This document shows positions 11,386 through 23,870 of a stretch of 64,000 bases of DNA, piece after piece (the stretch's first letter is position 1; the number at the start of each line of letters is the position of its first letter). A program made the translations under genes and the position numbers. The DNA comes from Eukaryota sp. TZLM1-RC (lineage: Eukaryota; Protista; Metamonada: BaSk clade): positions 1,583,475-1,647,474 of the forward strand of contig JAUPSS010000007.1 of the NCBI GenBank assembly GCA_040285825.1. The letters are read 5' to 3'. Under the pieces are notes generated by a model. It was not told where the DNA came from. It saw only the letters and a program-made list of their open reading frames with translations, and searched no databases.

Positions 11386-11682
11386 TGATCCCTTGACATC
11401 AAAAAATTGATTGAGTCAAACGAACTCTTGAAAGACCCTATATGTACAAAGGTTTGCGCTGTACTAGCGTATAATACGCTAGGCATGTCTGCCTTGTAAG
11501 GTATCGTGATGTCTACGTTTCTGCCTCCAAGAATCATGACACTAATGATATGTAGTGTTTGATGTTACTAACTCATCTTAAAGTTGAGTTAAGGAAGATG
11601 CAAGAGCCAAAGAAATGAAAATAATAGAGTATACCGAAACAATCGTTAATCTAAATTCCAACTCACATACTCTATACATTTT

Positions 11683-11982
11683 TTGTCCTTGTGCTTTGTT
11701 TTATTTGGAAGCTTGAGTAAAATTGCGTTATCTATGTTGAACAATTTCTCATCTATTGCCAAAATTAGAACTGAGAAAATATTCGACCAATCCTTTTGGA
11801 AAAACAGCTTTGTAGTTTCTATTTTTAAGGGAATGTTTAGTCTTTTTTCTAGATCGTTGTCATCACTAAGAAAAGTTTATGAAGAAAAAGCTGTAGGTAA
11901 GTTTTGTATAGTAGATATGAAGTTTGAGGAGATTGTCATTAATTTCTTAGAGGTTGTACAAAATATCTATCGAAAAAATTGA
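11683..11982 (+). mobile_element. CRE-like 3'-end fragment inside repeat B (also at 13706-14005 and ~15733-16035)
   Basis: FVLFGSLSKIAL..FWKNSFVVSIFKGM matches the C-terminus of family 3 (FSLFGSLAPTAL..FWQNRIVFSIFKGM). Confidence 0.75.
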
Positions 11983-12724
11983 GCTTTTGGATTTTACAAA
12001 CTCTACATCCAATTCATTTGAATTAATTAATGTGTAACAAGATCAATTAGCAACCAAAAAATCATTCTTGCGACCTTTGAAAATAAACTAAATCATCGTT
12101 ATTGCAATTCGCTGACTTCAACCAACAGTTACACCTAATATCATTCCTCATCACAAATTTGTACCTTTTATCGCTCTGCAGACGGTCAAAATGTTGTTCA
12201 AACAGTTGAGTAGACCATTATCCGAGGTAGACTTCTGTTTCTGGTTCAGTATTGCATTGTATTGAAAATACAAATGTTCAGGATGCGCTTTGCTTTTTGA
12301 ATTGTTGAATGTGAAATGTGGGTCTTGACAGCAGAAGAACTATTGATTGCTCGAGTCACAATAGCAGCAGAACATTATTGCAAAATGTTTGCACGAAATG
12401 TACTGAAATCACATATGAAAACGACACTATGAAAATTCATGTTGCCAAAAGCACATTCTACTATTCAAACAATTTGATGTCCAAATATTTTAAAGCAATT
12501 CTTGATATAAGTATATCATAGGTTTATATATTTCACAATTGATGTTAGAAGCAATCTTTTCTCCAAAACACTTTTTAACCAATCTGTTATTCCAGTGTTC
12601 TTCTGAAACCTAGAAATGCATTATAAATTAACATTAATTGTTTAAAATTACAGTTGTTGTGTATTCAAACAATGTTGTATGAACTCTTACAATGATAACC
12701 AAATATTTTTAAATAACTAATCTA

Positions 12725-13072
12725 ATAAATATTTTTTTAATGTACTGTATATTTATTTAAACAAAATTCTATCTAGTATTCAATTTCCTCCAAACAAGCA
12801 TTTCTATTACTAAATCTACTTACAGCATTTCGTTCATATTCTACACCAATAGCTAAAAGAGCCTTAAAAATCATTGTTGTAATAGACTTGAAAATGCAAA
12901 AAACAAATCTATTTAACCAGAAAATGAAATTCATTGTTTTTCCAGACCTATTCAGTAACACTTTCTTAAAGTTTTCCAAAAAGTGTAACCCTGAAGGTCC
13001 AATATTGCCAAAAAGAGAAATTGCAAACGGCACAAACTGATATTTCACATGTTCGACTCTACCTAACTGTAC
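12725..13072 (-). mobile_element. CRE-like family-1 3'-end fragment inside repeat B (also at ~14750-15099 and ~16780-17128)
   Basis: RVEHVKYQFVPFAISLFGNIG..FWLNRFVF..EYERNA..CLEEIEY closely matches the C-terminus of ORF 2695-3399. An A-rich tail follows on the minus strand. Confidence 0.85.
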
Positions 13073-16000
13073 AAGTTCATTTTGGGAAAATTAATTTAAC
13101 AATTGTGATGTTAAAGTCCGTCCTATGGTCATTTGAGTAGTCATTGGTTTGATTGGTTGAATGGTCATTGGTGATGAGGTGAGTTGCATGTAGTCTTTAT
13201 GTACTAGATGTGATCAACTTGTGATCAAACTTTGTGTGAAATTGTGTGTGAGTAATGTTGGCTATGTGTTACTTGATCAGTACAAACTCATGATTACATT
13301 TTCAATTGATTTTGTATATATTTGAATTAATTGAGTTTATTAATTTTTAAACATTTAATTGTGAAAAAGTAAATAAACCAAAAAGTATACAATTGAATGT
13401 TGCAAACTTGATCCCTTGACATCAAAAAATTGATTGAGTCAAACGAACTCTTGAAAGACCCTATATGTACAAAGGTTTGCGCTGTACTAGCGTATAATAC
13501 GCTAGGCATGTCTGCCTTGTAAGGTATCGTGATGTCTACGTTTCTGCCTCCAAGAATCATGACACTAATGATATGTAGTGTTTGATGTTACTAACTCATC
13601 TTAAAGTTGAGTTAAGGAAGATGCAAGAGCCAAAGAAATGAAAATAATAGAGTATACCGAAACAATCGTTAATCTAAATTCCAACTCACATACTCTATAC
13701 ATTTTTTGTCCTTGTGCTTTGTTTTATTTGGAAGCTTGAGTAAAATTGCGTTATCTATGTTGAACAATTTCTCATCTATTGCCAAAATTAGAACTGAGAA
13801 AATATTCGACCAATCCTTTTGGAAAAACAGCTTTGTAGTTTCTATTTTTAAGGGAATGTTTAGTCTTTTTTCTAGATCGTTGTCATCACTAAGAAAAGTT
13901 TATGAAGAAAAAGCTGTAGGTAAGTTTTGTATAGTAGATATGAAGTTTGAGGAGATTGTCATTAATTTCTTAGAGGTTGTACAAAATATCTATCGAAAAA
14001 ATTGAGCTTTTGGATTTTACAAACTCTACATCCAATTCATTTGAATTAATTAATGTGTAACAAGATCAATTAGCAACCAAAAAATCATTCTTGCGACCTT
14101 TGAAAATAAACTAAATCATCGTTATTGCAATTCGCTGACTTCAACCAACAGTTACACCTAATATCATTCCTCATCACAAATTTGTACCTTTTATCGCTCT
14201 GCAGACGGTCAAAATGTTGTTCAAACAGTTGAGTAGACCATTATCCGAGGTAGACTTCTGTTTCTGGTTCAGTATTGCATTGTATTGAAAATACAAATGT
14301 TCAGGATGCGCTTTGCTTTTTGAATTGTTGAATGTGAAATGTGGGTCTTGACAGCAGAAGAACTATTGATTGCTCGAGTCACAATAGCAGCAGAACATTA
14401 TTGCAAAATGTTTGCACGAAATGTACTGAAATCACATATGAAAACGACACTATGAAAATCCATGTTGCCAAAAAGCACATTCTACTATTCAAACAATTTG
14501 ATGTCCAAATATTTTAAAAGCAATTCTTTATATAAGTATATCATAGGTTTATATATTTCACAATTGATGTTAGAAGCAATCTTTTCTCCAAAAACACTTT
14601 TTAACCAATCTGTTATTCCAGTGTTCTTCTGAAACCTAGAAATGCATTATAAATTAACATTAATTGTTTCAAATTACAGTTGTTGTGTATTCAAACAATG
14701 TTGTATGAACTCTTACAATGATAACCAAATATTTTTAAATAACTAATCTAATAAATATTTTTTTTAATGTACTGTATATTTATTTAAACAAAATTCTATC
14801 TAGTATTCAATTTCCTCCAAACAAGCATTTCTATTACTAAATCTACTTACAGCATTTCGTTCATATTCTACACCAATAGCTAAAAGAGCCTTAAAAATCA
14901 TTGTTGTAATAGACTTGAAAATGCAAAAAACAAATCTATTTAACCAGAAAATGAAATTCATTGTTTTTCCAGACCTATTCAGTAACACTTTCTTAAAGTT
15001 TTCCAAAAAGTGTAACCCTGAAGGTCCAATATTGCCAAAAAGAGAAATTGCAAACGGCACAAACTGATATTTCACATGTTCGACTCTACCTAACTGTACA
15101 AGTTCATTTTGGGAAAATTAATTTAACAATTGTGATGTTAAAGTCCGTCCTATGGTCATTTGAGTAGTCATTGGTTTGATTGGTTGAATGGTCATTGGTG
15201 ATGAGGTGAGTTGCATGTAGTCTTTATGTACTAGATGTGATCAACTTGTGATCAAACTTTGTGTGAAATTGTGTGTGAGTAATGTTGGCTATGTGTTACT
15301 TGATCAGTACAAACTCATGATTACATTTTCAATTGATTTTGTATATATTTGAATTAATTGAGTTTATTAATTTTTAAACATTTAATTGTGAAAAAGTAAA
15401 TAAACCAAAAAGTATACAATTGAATGTTGCAAACTTGATCCCTTGACATCAAAAAATTGATTGAGTCAAACGAACTCTTGAAAGACCCTATATGTACAAA
15501 GGTTTGCGCTGTACTAGCGTATAATACGCTAGGCATGTCTGCCTTGTAAGGTATCGTGATGTCTACGTTTCTGCCTCCAAGAATCATGACACTAATGATA
15601 TGTAGTGTTTGATGTTACTAACTCATCTTAAAGTTGAGTTAAGGAAGATGCAAGAGCCAAAGAAATGAAAATAATAGAGTATACCGAAACAATCGTTAAT
15701 CTAAATTCCAACTCACATACTCTATACATTTTTTGTCCTTGTGCTTTGTTTTATTTGGAAGCTTGAGTAAAATTGCGTTATCTATGTTGAACAATTTCTC
15801 ATCTATTGCCAAAATTAGAACTGAGAAAATATTCGACCAATCCTTTTGGAAAAACAGCTTTGTAGTTTCTATTTTTAAGGGAATGTTTAGTCTTTTTTTC
15901 TAGATCGTTGTCATCACTAAGAAAAAGTTTATGAAGAAAAAGCTGTAGGTAAGTTTTGTATAGTAGATATGAAGTTTGAGGAGATTGTCATTAATTTCTT

Positions 16001-17130
16001 AGAGGTTGTACAAAATATCTATCGAAAAAAATTGAGCTTTTGGATTTTACAAACTCTACATCCAATTCATTTGAATTAATTAATGTGTAACAAGATCAAT
16101 TAGCAACCAAAAAAATCATTCTTGCGACCTTTGAAAATAAACTAAATCATCGTTATTGCAATTCGCTGACTTCAACCAACAGTTACACCTAATATCATTC
16201 CTCATCACAAATTTGTACCTTTTATCGCTCTGCAGACGGTCAAAATGTTGTTCAAACAGTTGAGTAGACCATTATCCGAGGTAGACTTCTGTTTCTGGTT
16301 CAGTATTGCATTGTATTGAAAATACAAATGTTCAGGATGCGCTTTGCTTTTTGAATTGTTGAATGTGAAATGTGGGTCTTGACAGCAGAAGAACTATTGA
16401 TTGCTCGAGTCACAATAGCAGCAGAACATTATTGCAAAATGTTTGCACGAAATGTACTGAAATCACATATGAAAACGACACTATGAAAATCCATGTTGCC
16501 AAAAGCACATTCTACTATTCAAACAATTTGATGTCCAAATATTTTAAAGCAATTCTTTATATAAGTATATCATAGGTTTATATATTTCACAATTGATGTT
16601 AGAAGCAATCTTTTCTCCAAAACACTTTTTAACCAATCTGTTATTCCAGTGTTCTTCTGAAACCTAGAAATGCATTATAAATTAACATTAATTGTTTCAA
16701 ATTACAGTTGTTGTGTATTCAAACAATGTTGTATGAACTCTTACAATGATAACCAAATATTTTTAAATAACTAATCTAATAAATATTTTTTTTAATGTAC
16801 TGTATATTTATTTAAACAAAATTCTATCTAGTATTCAATTTCCTCCAAACAAGCATTTCTATTACTAAATCTACTTACAGCATTTCGTTCATATTCTACA
16901 CCAATAGCTAAAAAGAGCCTTAAAAATCATTGTTGTAATAGACTTGAAAATGCAAAAAACAAATCTATTTAACCAGAAAATGAAATTCATTGTTTTTCCA
17001 GACCTATTCAGTAACACTTTCTTAAAGTTTTCCAAAAAGTGTAACCCTGAAGGTCCAATATTGCCAAAAAGAGAAATTGCAAACGGCACAAACTGATATT
17101 TCACATGTTCGACTCTACCTAACTGTACAA

Positions 17131-19259
17131 GTTCATTTTGGGAAAATTAATTTAACAATTGTGATGTTAAAGTCCGTCCTATGGTCATTTGAGTAGTCAT
17201 TGGTTTGATTGGTTGAATGGTCATTGGTGATGAGGTGAGTTGCATGTAGTCTTTATGTACTAGATGTGATCAACTTGTGATCAAACTTTGTGTGAAATTG
17301 TGTGTGAGTAATGTTGGCTATGTGTTACTTGATCAGTACAAACTCATGATTACATTTTCAATTGATTTTGTATATATTTGAATTAATTGAGTTTATTAAT
17401 TTTTAAACATTAAATTGAAAAAAAAATAAAAAATCAAAAAGTATACAATTGAATCTTGCAAACTAATAAAACCATTGCTGTAAGTGTAAGAGTATCGTTT
17501 TTGATACGATTTACTGAGGTTCATATGAAGTTCCTAGTTTCGTATATTGACCAATGGTTGTTTACTACAATCGTTGGTCAAATCTTTAAAGTCCATTTTG
17601 GGACAATTAATATAACAATTGTGGTGTTAAAGTCCGTGCTATGGTCATTTGAGTAGTCATTGGTATGATTGGTTGAATGGTCATTGGTGATGATTAGGTG
17701 AGTTGCATGTAGTCTTTATGTACTAGATGTGATCAACTTGTGATCAAACTTTGTGTGAAATTGTGTGTGAGTTATGTTGGCTATGTGTTACTTGATCAGT
17801 ACAAACTCATGATTACATTTTCAATTGATTTTGTATATATTTGAATTAATTGAGTTATTAATTTTTAAACATTAAATTGTAAGAAAAAATAATCAAAAAG
17901 TATACAATTGAATGTTGTAAACTAATAAAACAATTGCTGTAAGTGTAAGAGTATCGTTTTTGATACGATTTACTGAGGCTCATATGAAGTTCCTAGTTTC
18001 GTATTTTGACCAATGGTTGTTTATTACAATCGTTGGTCAAATCTTTAAAGTCCATTTTGGGACAATTAATATAACAATTGTGGTGTTAAAGTCCTTGCTA
18101 TGGTCATTTGAGTAGTCATTGGTTTGATTGGTTGAATGGTCATTGGTATGATTAGGTGAGTTGCATGTAGTCTTTATGTACTAGATGTGATCAACTTGTG
18201 ATCAAACTTTGTGTGAAATTGTGTGTGAGTAATGTTGGCTATGTTTTACTTGATCAGTACAAACTCATGATTACATTTTCCATTGATTTTGTATATATTT
18301 GAATTAATTGAGTTTATTAATTTTTAAACATTAAATTGTAAAAAAAATAAAAAATCAAAAAGTATACAATTGAATGTTGTAAACTAATGAAACAATTGCT
18401 GTAAGTGTAAGAGTATCGTTTTTGATACGATTTACTGAGGCTCATATGAAGTTCCTAGTTTCGTATATTGACCAATGGTTGTTTATTACAATCGTTGGTC
18501 AAATCTTTAAAGTCCATTTTGGGACAATTAATATAACAATTGTGGTGTTAAAGTCCTTGCTATGGTCATTTGAGTAGTCATTGGTTTGATTGGTTGAATG
18601 GTCATTGGTGATGAGGTGAGTTGCATGTAGTCCTTATGTACTTGATGTGATCAACTTGTGATCAAACTTTGTGTGAAATTGTGTGTGAGTAATGTTGGCT
18701 ATGTTTTACTTGATCAGTACAAACTCATGATTACATTTTCAATTGATTTTGTATATATTTGAATTAATTGAGTTATTAATTTTTGAACATTAAATTGTAA
18801 AAATAGTAAAAAAATCAAAAAGTATACAATTGAATGTTGCAAACTAATAAAACCATTGCTGTAAGTGTAACAGTATCGTTTTTGATACGATTTACTGAGG
18901 CTCATATGAAGTTCCTAGTTTCGTATATTGACCAATGGTTGTTTATTACAATCATTGGTCAAATCTTTATAGTCCATTTTGGGACAATTAATATAACAAT
19001 TGTGGTGTTAAAGTCCTTGCTATGGTCATTTGAGTAGTCATTGGTTTGATTGGTTGAATGGTCATTGGTGATGAGGTGAGTTGCATGTAGTCTTTATGTA
19101 CTAGATGTGATCAACTTGTGATCAAACTTTGTGTGAAATTGTGTGTGAGTAATGTTGGCTATGTGTTACTTGATCAGTACAAACTCATGATTACATTTTC
19201 AATTGATTTTGTATATATTTGAATTAATTGAGTTATTAATTTTTTAACATTAAATTGTA
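17131..19259. repeat. Satellite A tandem array, about 4.6 copies of ~460 bp
   Basis: Marker ttactgagg recurs at ~17511, 17970, 18432 and 18892. Confidence 0.95.
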
Positions 19260-20000
19260 TACATAGAATACATTCCATTATATTTTAAGATTATATTTTT
19301 CTATTTTCACTATTTTAAACTATGAGAAAGCAAATGATTATTGAATCTGAACGGTTGCAAAAACCTCACACACTCACTTAACTCTTTCACATGTACAACC
19401 ACTTCCATCAAAATGCACAAATTTTCTTAAATCAAATAGATATATCTATGGCGACCAACTAAATAAATTCAGTGAATGCAGTGATAAAGATGACTATCTG
19501 AATCCCGGTTCTATTGTATAAAATTAAAACAATATTGAATTTTGAAGACTATTTCCTATGTAGACGTGTCAAAAAACTTATCAAAAATTATTGAGACAAT
19601 ATGTAGCCAAAGTCACAGCAATTCAGAAATTTTGGTGAATGAAAAAAACACAGTGGCACCCCAACATACTACATCATGTTATTTCAGTTAGTTTGATGTA
19701 TTCCGGATCAATAAACAAAATGAAAAGGTTTGAAATAGTTTTATCGTGCACAAGGATTCTATTAACCACTTTTAAGGGATTACCTTGGTATTTCACTCGA
19801 ATGAGAAACTTTAGCTAGACAGTAATCAGATCCAGATCTTGTAAAGAAAATCTCGGTTCAATTAATTTTATTCCATCAGTTCTGAGTTTATAATGTTCAG
19901 TGTGCATGTTTAAATGGTTCATGTGGAATAGATAAGAAAAATTCATAAAATTCGCCTTCTTCATATAATATTGAATATTCTCATTAAACGCCATCGATTA

Positions 20001-22085
20001 ATGACACCAACACAACAACAACAACAGTCTTCTCATGTGATTGATGTTTCCGAACTCGATATCGACTTCAAACATGGGCCAATTGAAAGTGATTACTGTT
20101 TTTCTGTCTATACAGGCAAATGGTTCTACCAAGATGTTACCGCCAAGCTTGTTCAGTTATTGGGTGGTAAAAACAAACTCCTGGATGAAATCAAACGATT
20201 GTCTTGTCTCAACCACCCTGGCTTAATAAGAGTCTTTGGCATCTCTGCATTTCAATTTGAAGTTGGAATCATTATGGAACATGGTCCTTGTTCCATAGAT
20301 GTACCATCGCCTTTGACTCCAATAACTATCGCTCATGCTTTGGCCATCACTTCCACCATTGCTTTTCTACATGCTCAAGGCACTTTCCATGGAAGGCTGA
20401 ATGCTGGGAACATCTTGATGGTTGGCGGGAAGCCAAAAATCGCTGGTATCGAAAAATACATCACAGATTTTGAGGGTCGATCTAATTCTTCACATTTCTT
20501 GCGATATGTGGCACCGGAGGATCTTAATAACAATGCTGGTCCAGAAAGTGACATATATTCACTTGGAGTATTGCTTTATGAATTGCTCTGTAATCAGACT
20601 GCTTATGAAGATATTCTACAGGAAAAGTCAAAATCTATTATTGATCTGTTGCAGGTAAAATACAAGGATACTCGTCTTTCATTCAATGCAGATATACCAC
20701 GGTGTTTACAAGATATCATCCATAAATGTATGTCTAATGATCCTATAGCAAGACCTTCAATTGATGAAATTTTCAATGTATTAAATGGTTTGGAAAATAC
20801 CATTGGAATTTGTGAAGTTTCAACACTTTCATTACAATCTCAGTTGTCAGCTAAAGAGAAGCAATGTGGTGAGCTCTTGGTAGAAAATGAAAAGTTGAAG
20901 CAAATTGTTTCTCAGGTTGAAAGTTGTAATCATGAGCTTAATCATGAGCTTCAGAATATAATTAATCAATGTTCCGACATCAAGTTGGAAAAGGAACATT
21001 TGATTTCCCAATTGGATGAACACAAAGAGCAGAATTTAAAACTTAATGAACAAATCAGTCGCTTAACGAATGGAATCAGTAATATGCACGATCAGAATAC
21101 CCAAAAGGATGCTCAATTAAGAAAGTTGGGTCAGTACATAGCCTCAATTGAAGCTAATTTGCATGCTTTCAAAACCAAATGTAATAACGTCGAGAATAAA
21201 TTGGAAGCAAAAGACAAGGAAATCGATCAACTCAAAATTACTAATGCTGAATTAATAGTTAGTTCACATCGAGCAAACCAAGAATCCAAGAAATTCAATG
21301 AATTTGACAATGTTTCATCATCTTGCTCTGTTATCAAATGCCCCGATCTAATTATTGATTACAATCAAAAACTTGGCCAAGGAGGGTTTGCTACTGTCTA
21401 TGCAGCCAAGTGGTTTTCTCTCGATGTTGCTGTCAAAATTGTAGACATTGTCAATGAGGGAAAAGCAAAATTGAAAAAAGAAATTGCCATGCTTGTAAAA
21501 CTGAATTTTCCTGGAGTTTTGCGTGTATTTGGGGTTACTTATATAAATGATCAAGTTGGAATCGTTATGGAAAGAGCAGATGGCAAGCTACAAATTCCCT
21601 CCTCTTTAAGTAATAATAGTTTAACCATAGCCAAAAATATTTGCTGCACTTTAAAGTTTCTTCAGTCACATTCCATCATTCATGGTGATATTAAACCCGA
21701 TAATGTTTTATTTGTCAATGGTCAAATTAGACTTGCTGATTTCGGTACATCAAGGGTAATTGCTGCGAATTCTTCCATTCCCAGTAGTAATGCTTATACT
21801 GCTAAATATGCTGCTTGTGAGGTGTTGGATGAGGAAGCGGTCCAACAAAGTGATCTATATTCAGTCGGTGTTCTCTTATATGAATTATTGACAAACGAAG
21901 TTGCATACAAGGGTTATAATCAGTACACCCTTATGGGAGCAAAATACCATGGTAAGCAATTGCCGTTTGCCAACAGCGTTCCCCCAGTGCTTCGGCATTT
22001 AATTAATAGGTCAATGGATAATGATATTTCTCAAAGACCCAGTATTGATGAGGTTCTTGAAGTTTTGGAATTGTTGTGTACTTAA
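20001..22085 (+). CDS. Dual-kinase-domain protein: N-terminal pseudokinase, coiled coil, C-terminal TKL-like protein kinase
   Basis: First ATG is at 20001 (the ORF track starts at TTG 19971). Domain 2 has GQGGFA, VAVK, HGDIKPDN, DFG and SDLYSVG. Domain 1 has HGRLNAGN and AGIE in place of HRD and DFG. The linker is E/Q/K/L heptad-rich. Confidence 0.92.
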   Translation: MTPTQQQQQSSHVIDVSELDIDFKHGPIESDYCFSVYTGKWFYQDVTAKLVQLLGGKNKLLDEIKRLSCLNHPGLIRVFGISAFQFEVGIIMEHGPCSIDVPSPLTPITIAHALAITSTIAFLHAQGTFHGRLNAGNILMVGGKPKIAGIEKYITDFEGRSNSSHFLRYVAPEDLNNNAGPESDIYSLGVLLYELLCNQTAYEDILQEKSKSIIDLLQVKYKDTRLSFNADIPRCLQDIIHKCMSNDPIARPSIDEIFNVLNGLENTIGICEVSTLSLQSQLSAKEKQCGELLVENEKLKQIVSQVESCNHELNHELQNIINQCSDIKLEKEHLISQLDEHKEQNLKLNEQISRLTNGISNMHDQNTQKDAQLRKLGQYIASIEANLHAFKTKCNNVENKLEAKDKEIDQLKITNAELIVSSHRANQESKKFNEFDNVSSSCSVIKCPDLIIDYNQKLGQGGFATVYAAKWFSLDVAVKIVDIVNEGKAKLKKEIAMLVKLNFPGVLRVFGVTYINDQVGIVMERADGKLQIPSSLSNNSLTIAKNICCTLKFLQSHSIIHGDIKPDNVLFVNGQIRLADFGTSRVIAANSSIPSSNAYTAKYAACEVLDEEAVQQSDLYSVGVLLYELLTNEVAYKGYNQYTLMGAKYHGKQLPFANSVPPVLRHLINRSMDNDISQRPSIDEVLEVLELLCT

Positions 22086-23651
22086 ATCAATGTTGCAATC
22101 AACTCTCCTGTTATATAAACAATAATAAATAGAAACTAAATAAATATAAATCTATAAAACCTTAATTTTGGCGGGCGTATGATAAAGAAAAGCATCCTGT
22201 TTATTTTATTTATTCAGCTAATGATTCACTTATTGATATATGGGTTTTTCCATTTTATGTTTAAAAGCATAATACACCTCTTGTACATCAGTTTTCTTAT
22301 GTGAACCAAACTTCCATATTTTTCATCGCAAAGAACATAATCAACAATCAATTCAATAACAGCAATTGTCACCAAATCTAAATCATTTCAAGGAAAGAGT
22401 TATTCATTATCAACCTATTCAACAGCAACAATGCTTCACATAATAAATTTTCTAAAGTACAGCTTCTGATTGTTTGTACAACACAAACACTTGTGTAAAC
22501 AATCACGAGTATTCAGACAGTCATCATACATCAGCCGCAAAACCGAGCTTATCTATTAATATTGGAAAATCGAATCCGAGACCGCCATAGAAAATATCGA
22601 CTCTTTTGACTGTTTCTTCATTAACCATTGTTTGGAAATAATTCAAATAAGTTTTTGCTTCTACTAATAGTTTTCAGTTTAGCGAACATAAGAAAACAAC
22701 AAAAATCAGTGTTGTATATTTTAAGTGTTGTAACTGAAGAAACAGTTTTGATAGAAAAGTGCTCGAATACCGTTAAAGTCAGCGTGCAAGACATATAAAG
22801 TGTAGATGTAATGAATGAGAATTAGCCTGAACCTGGAGTATCCAGCATAGAGCATAAAATACACTGTCGCTTATCAAAATTTATGATATGGACAATTTTG
22901 GTTTAAAAACATTTGTCATTGTATACTGGATATAAAGAAAGAAACAAGTATACGTTGATTGAATATCTCAAGTCTGAAATGAATTTAATTCAATCTGAAA
23001 ATATTGATTTTGAAAATACTTGTAAGTTACAATCGTTCAATCACATTTATCAAGGAATTGTTTATTTTTTGTTTTCTATAAGTTATCACTCTTGGTGGGT
23101 TCCCAAAAACGAAAACTAAGATTGAGGTTACCATGCACAAAAATAACGTCCATTTTCCGAACTTAATTGCCATATATAACAAATGCAAAATGTACTTTTT
23201 GGTATTCAGTATTTGTTATGATCAAAAAATATTTGCAAATTGTTGCTTTAATCTTTGTTTTGCTACGGTATAAATTGCTCAGCAGCAGTTAAACTGGGCA
23301 TTTGAGGTTCGTTTGGTTTCTTCCCATGTTTTTCAATCACTTCACCTGCCACGTGTCAATCTGTTCATCAGGATTTCAGTGTCACAAAGTCAAGTCCAAC
23401 AATCCTTTTTGACAAATACGTAGCGTCAATCACAAGCAAAATAACACTATTGTGGATATTATGTGAGACGGTTGCGGACAGATTTTCCCCAAAGCTAATG
23501 TTGTTCGGAAATAGACATAAACCAGCTTTTGTCAATTGTAGAGCGGTGTGACAAACTAGAATTGCAAAGGCGTGCTGTTTATGGGAAAAGGGTCCAGCGA
23601 GAGTCACTGCAAAGAAACGAAACAGATGGAAATGAAGGAAATCAATGCATG

Positions 23652-23837
23652 TGTTGGGTCAACAAAGGGATGCATCAGGTAATAAACTAGGAAACAGGGT
23701 GTTTATTACAGCGGGTGTAAATAATCAGGAGAATTTGAACAAGAGTCTAGATAAATAAGTGATGACGTGGCATCACGTGGTACTGTAACTACTAATAAAC
23801 AATAATAAACTATAACCTATATAGGCATAAGCCTACA
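23652..23837 (-). repeat. 3' LTR (186 bp)
   Basis: Direct repeat of 28877-29062 with 5 substitutions counted by eye. Confidence 0.95.
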
Positions 23838-23870
23838 CTACCTCTTTTTTCTTCTTTTTCCTCTTCTTCT
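23838..23870 (-). promoter_or_regulatory. Polypurine tract of the gypsy element
   Basis: Minus strand reads AGAAGAAGAGGAAAAAGAAGAAAAAAGAGGTAG directly before the 3' LTR. Confidence 0.85.

Larger units (their letters stand above)
11083..17455. repeat. Composite tandem repeat B, three copies of about 2025 bp
   Basis: Identical ORFs recur at 11304/13327/15354, 11683/13706 and 12773/14800 (periods 2023-2027 bp). Unit = partial satellite A + spacer-like segment + CRE 3' fragment (+) + spacer-like segment + CRE 3' fragment (-). Confidence 0.95.

Noticed and set aside
22200-23651. Coding remnants flanking the gypsy element (also 29063-29574)
   Set aside because: Some frames look protein-like but are full of stops, and no family could be assigned.
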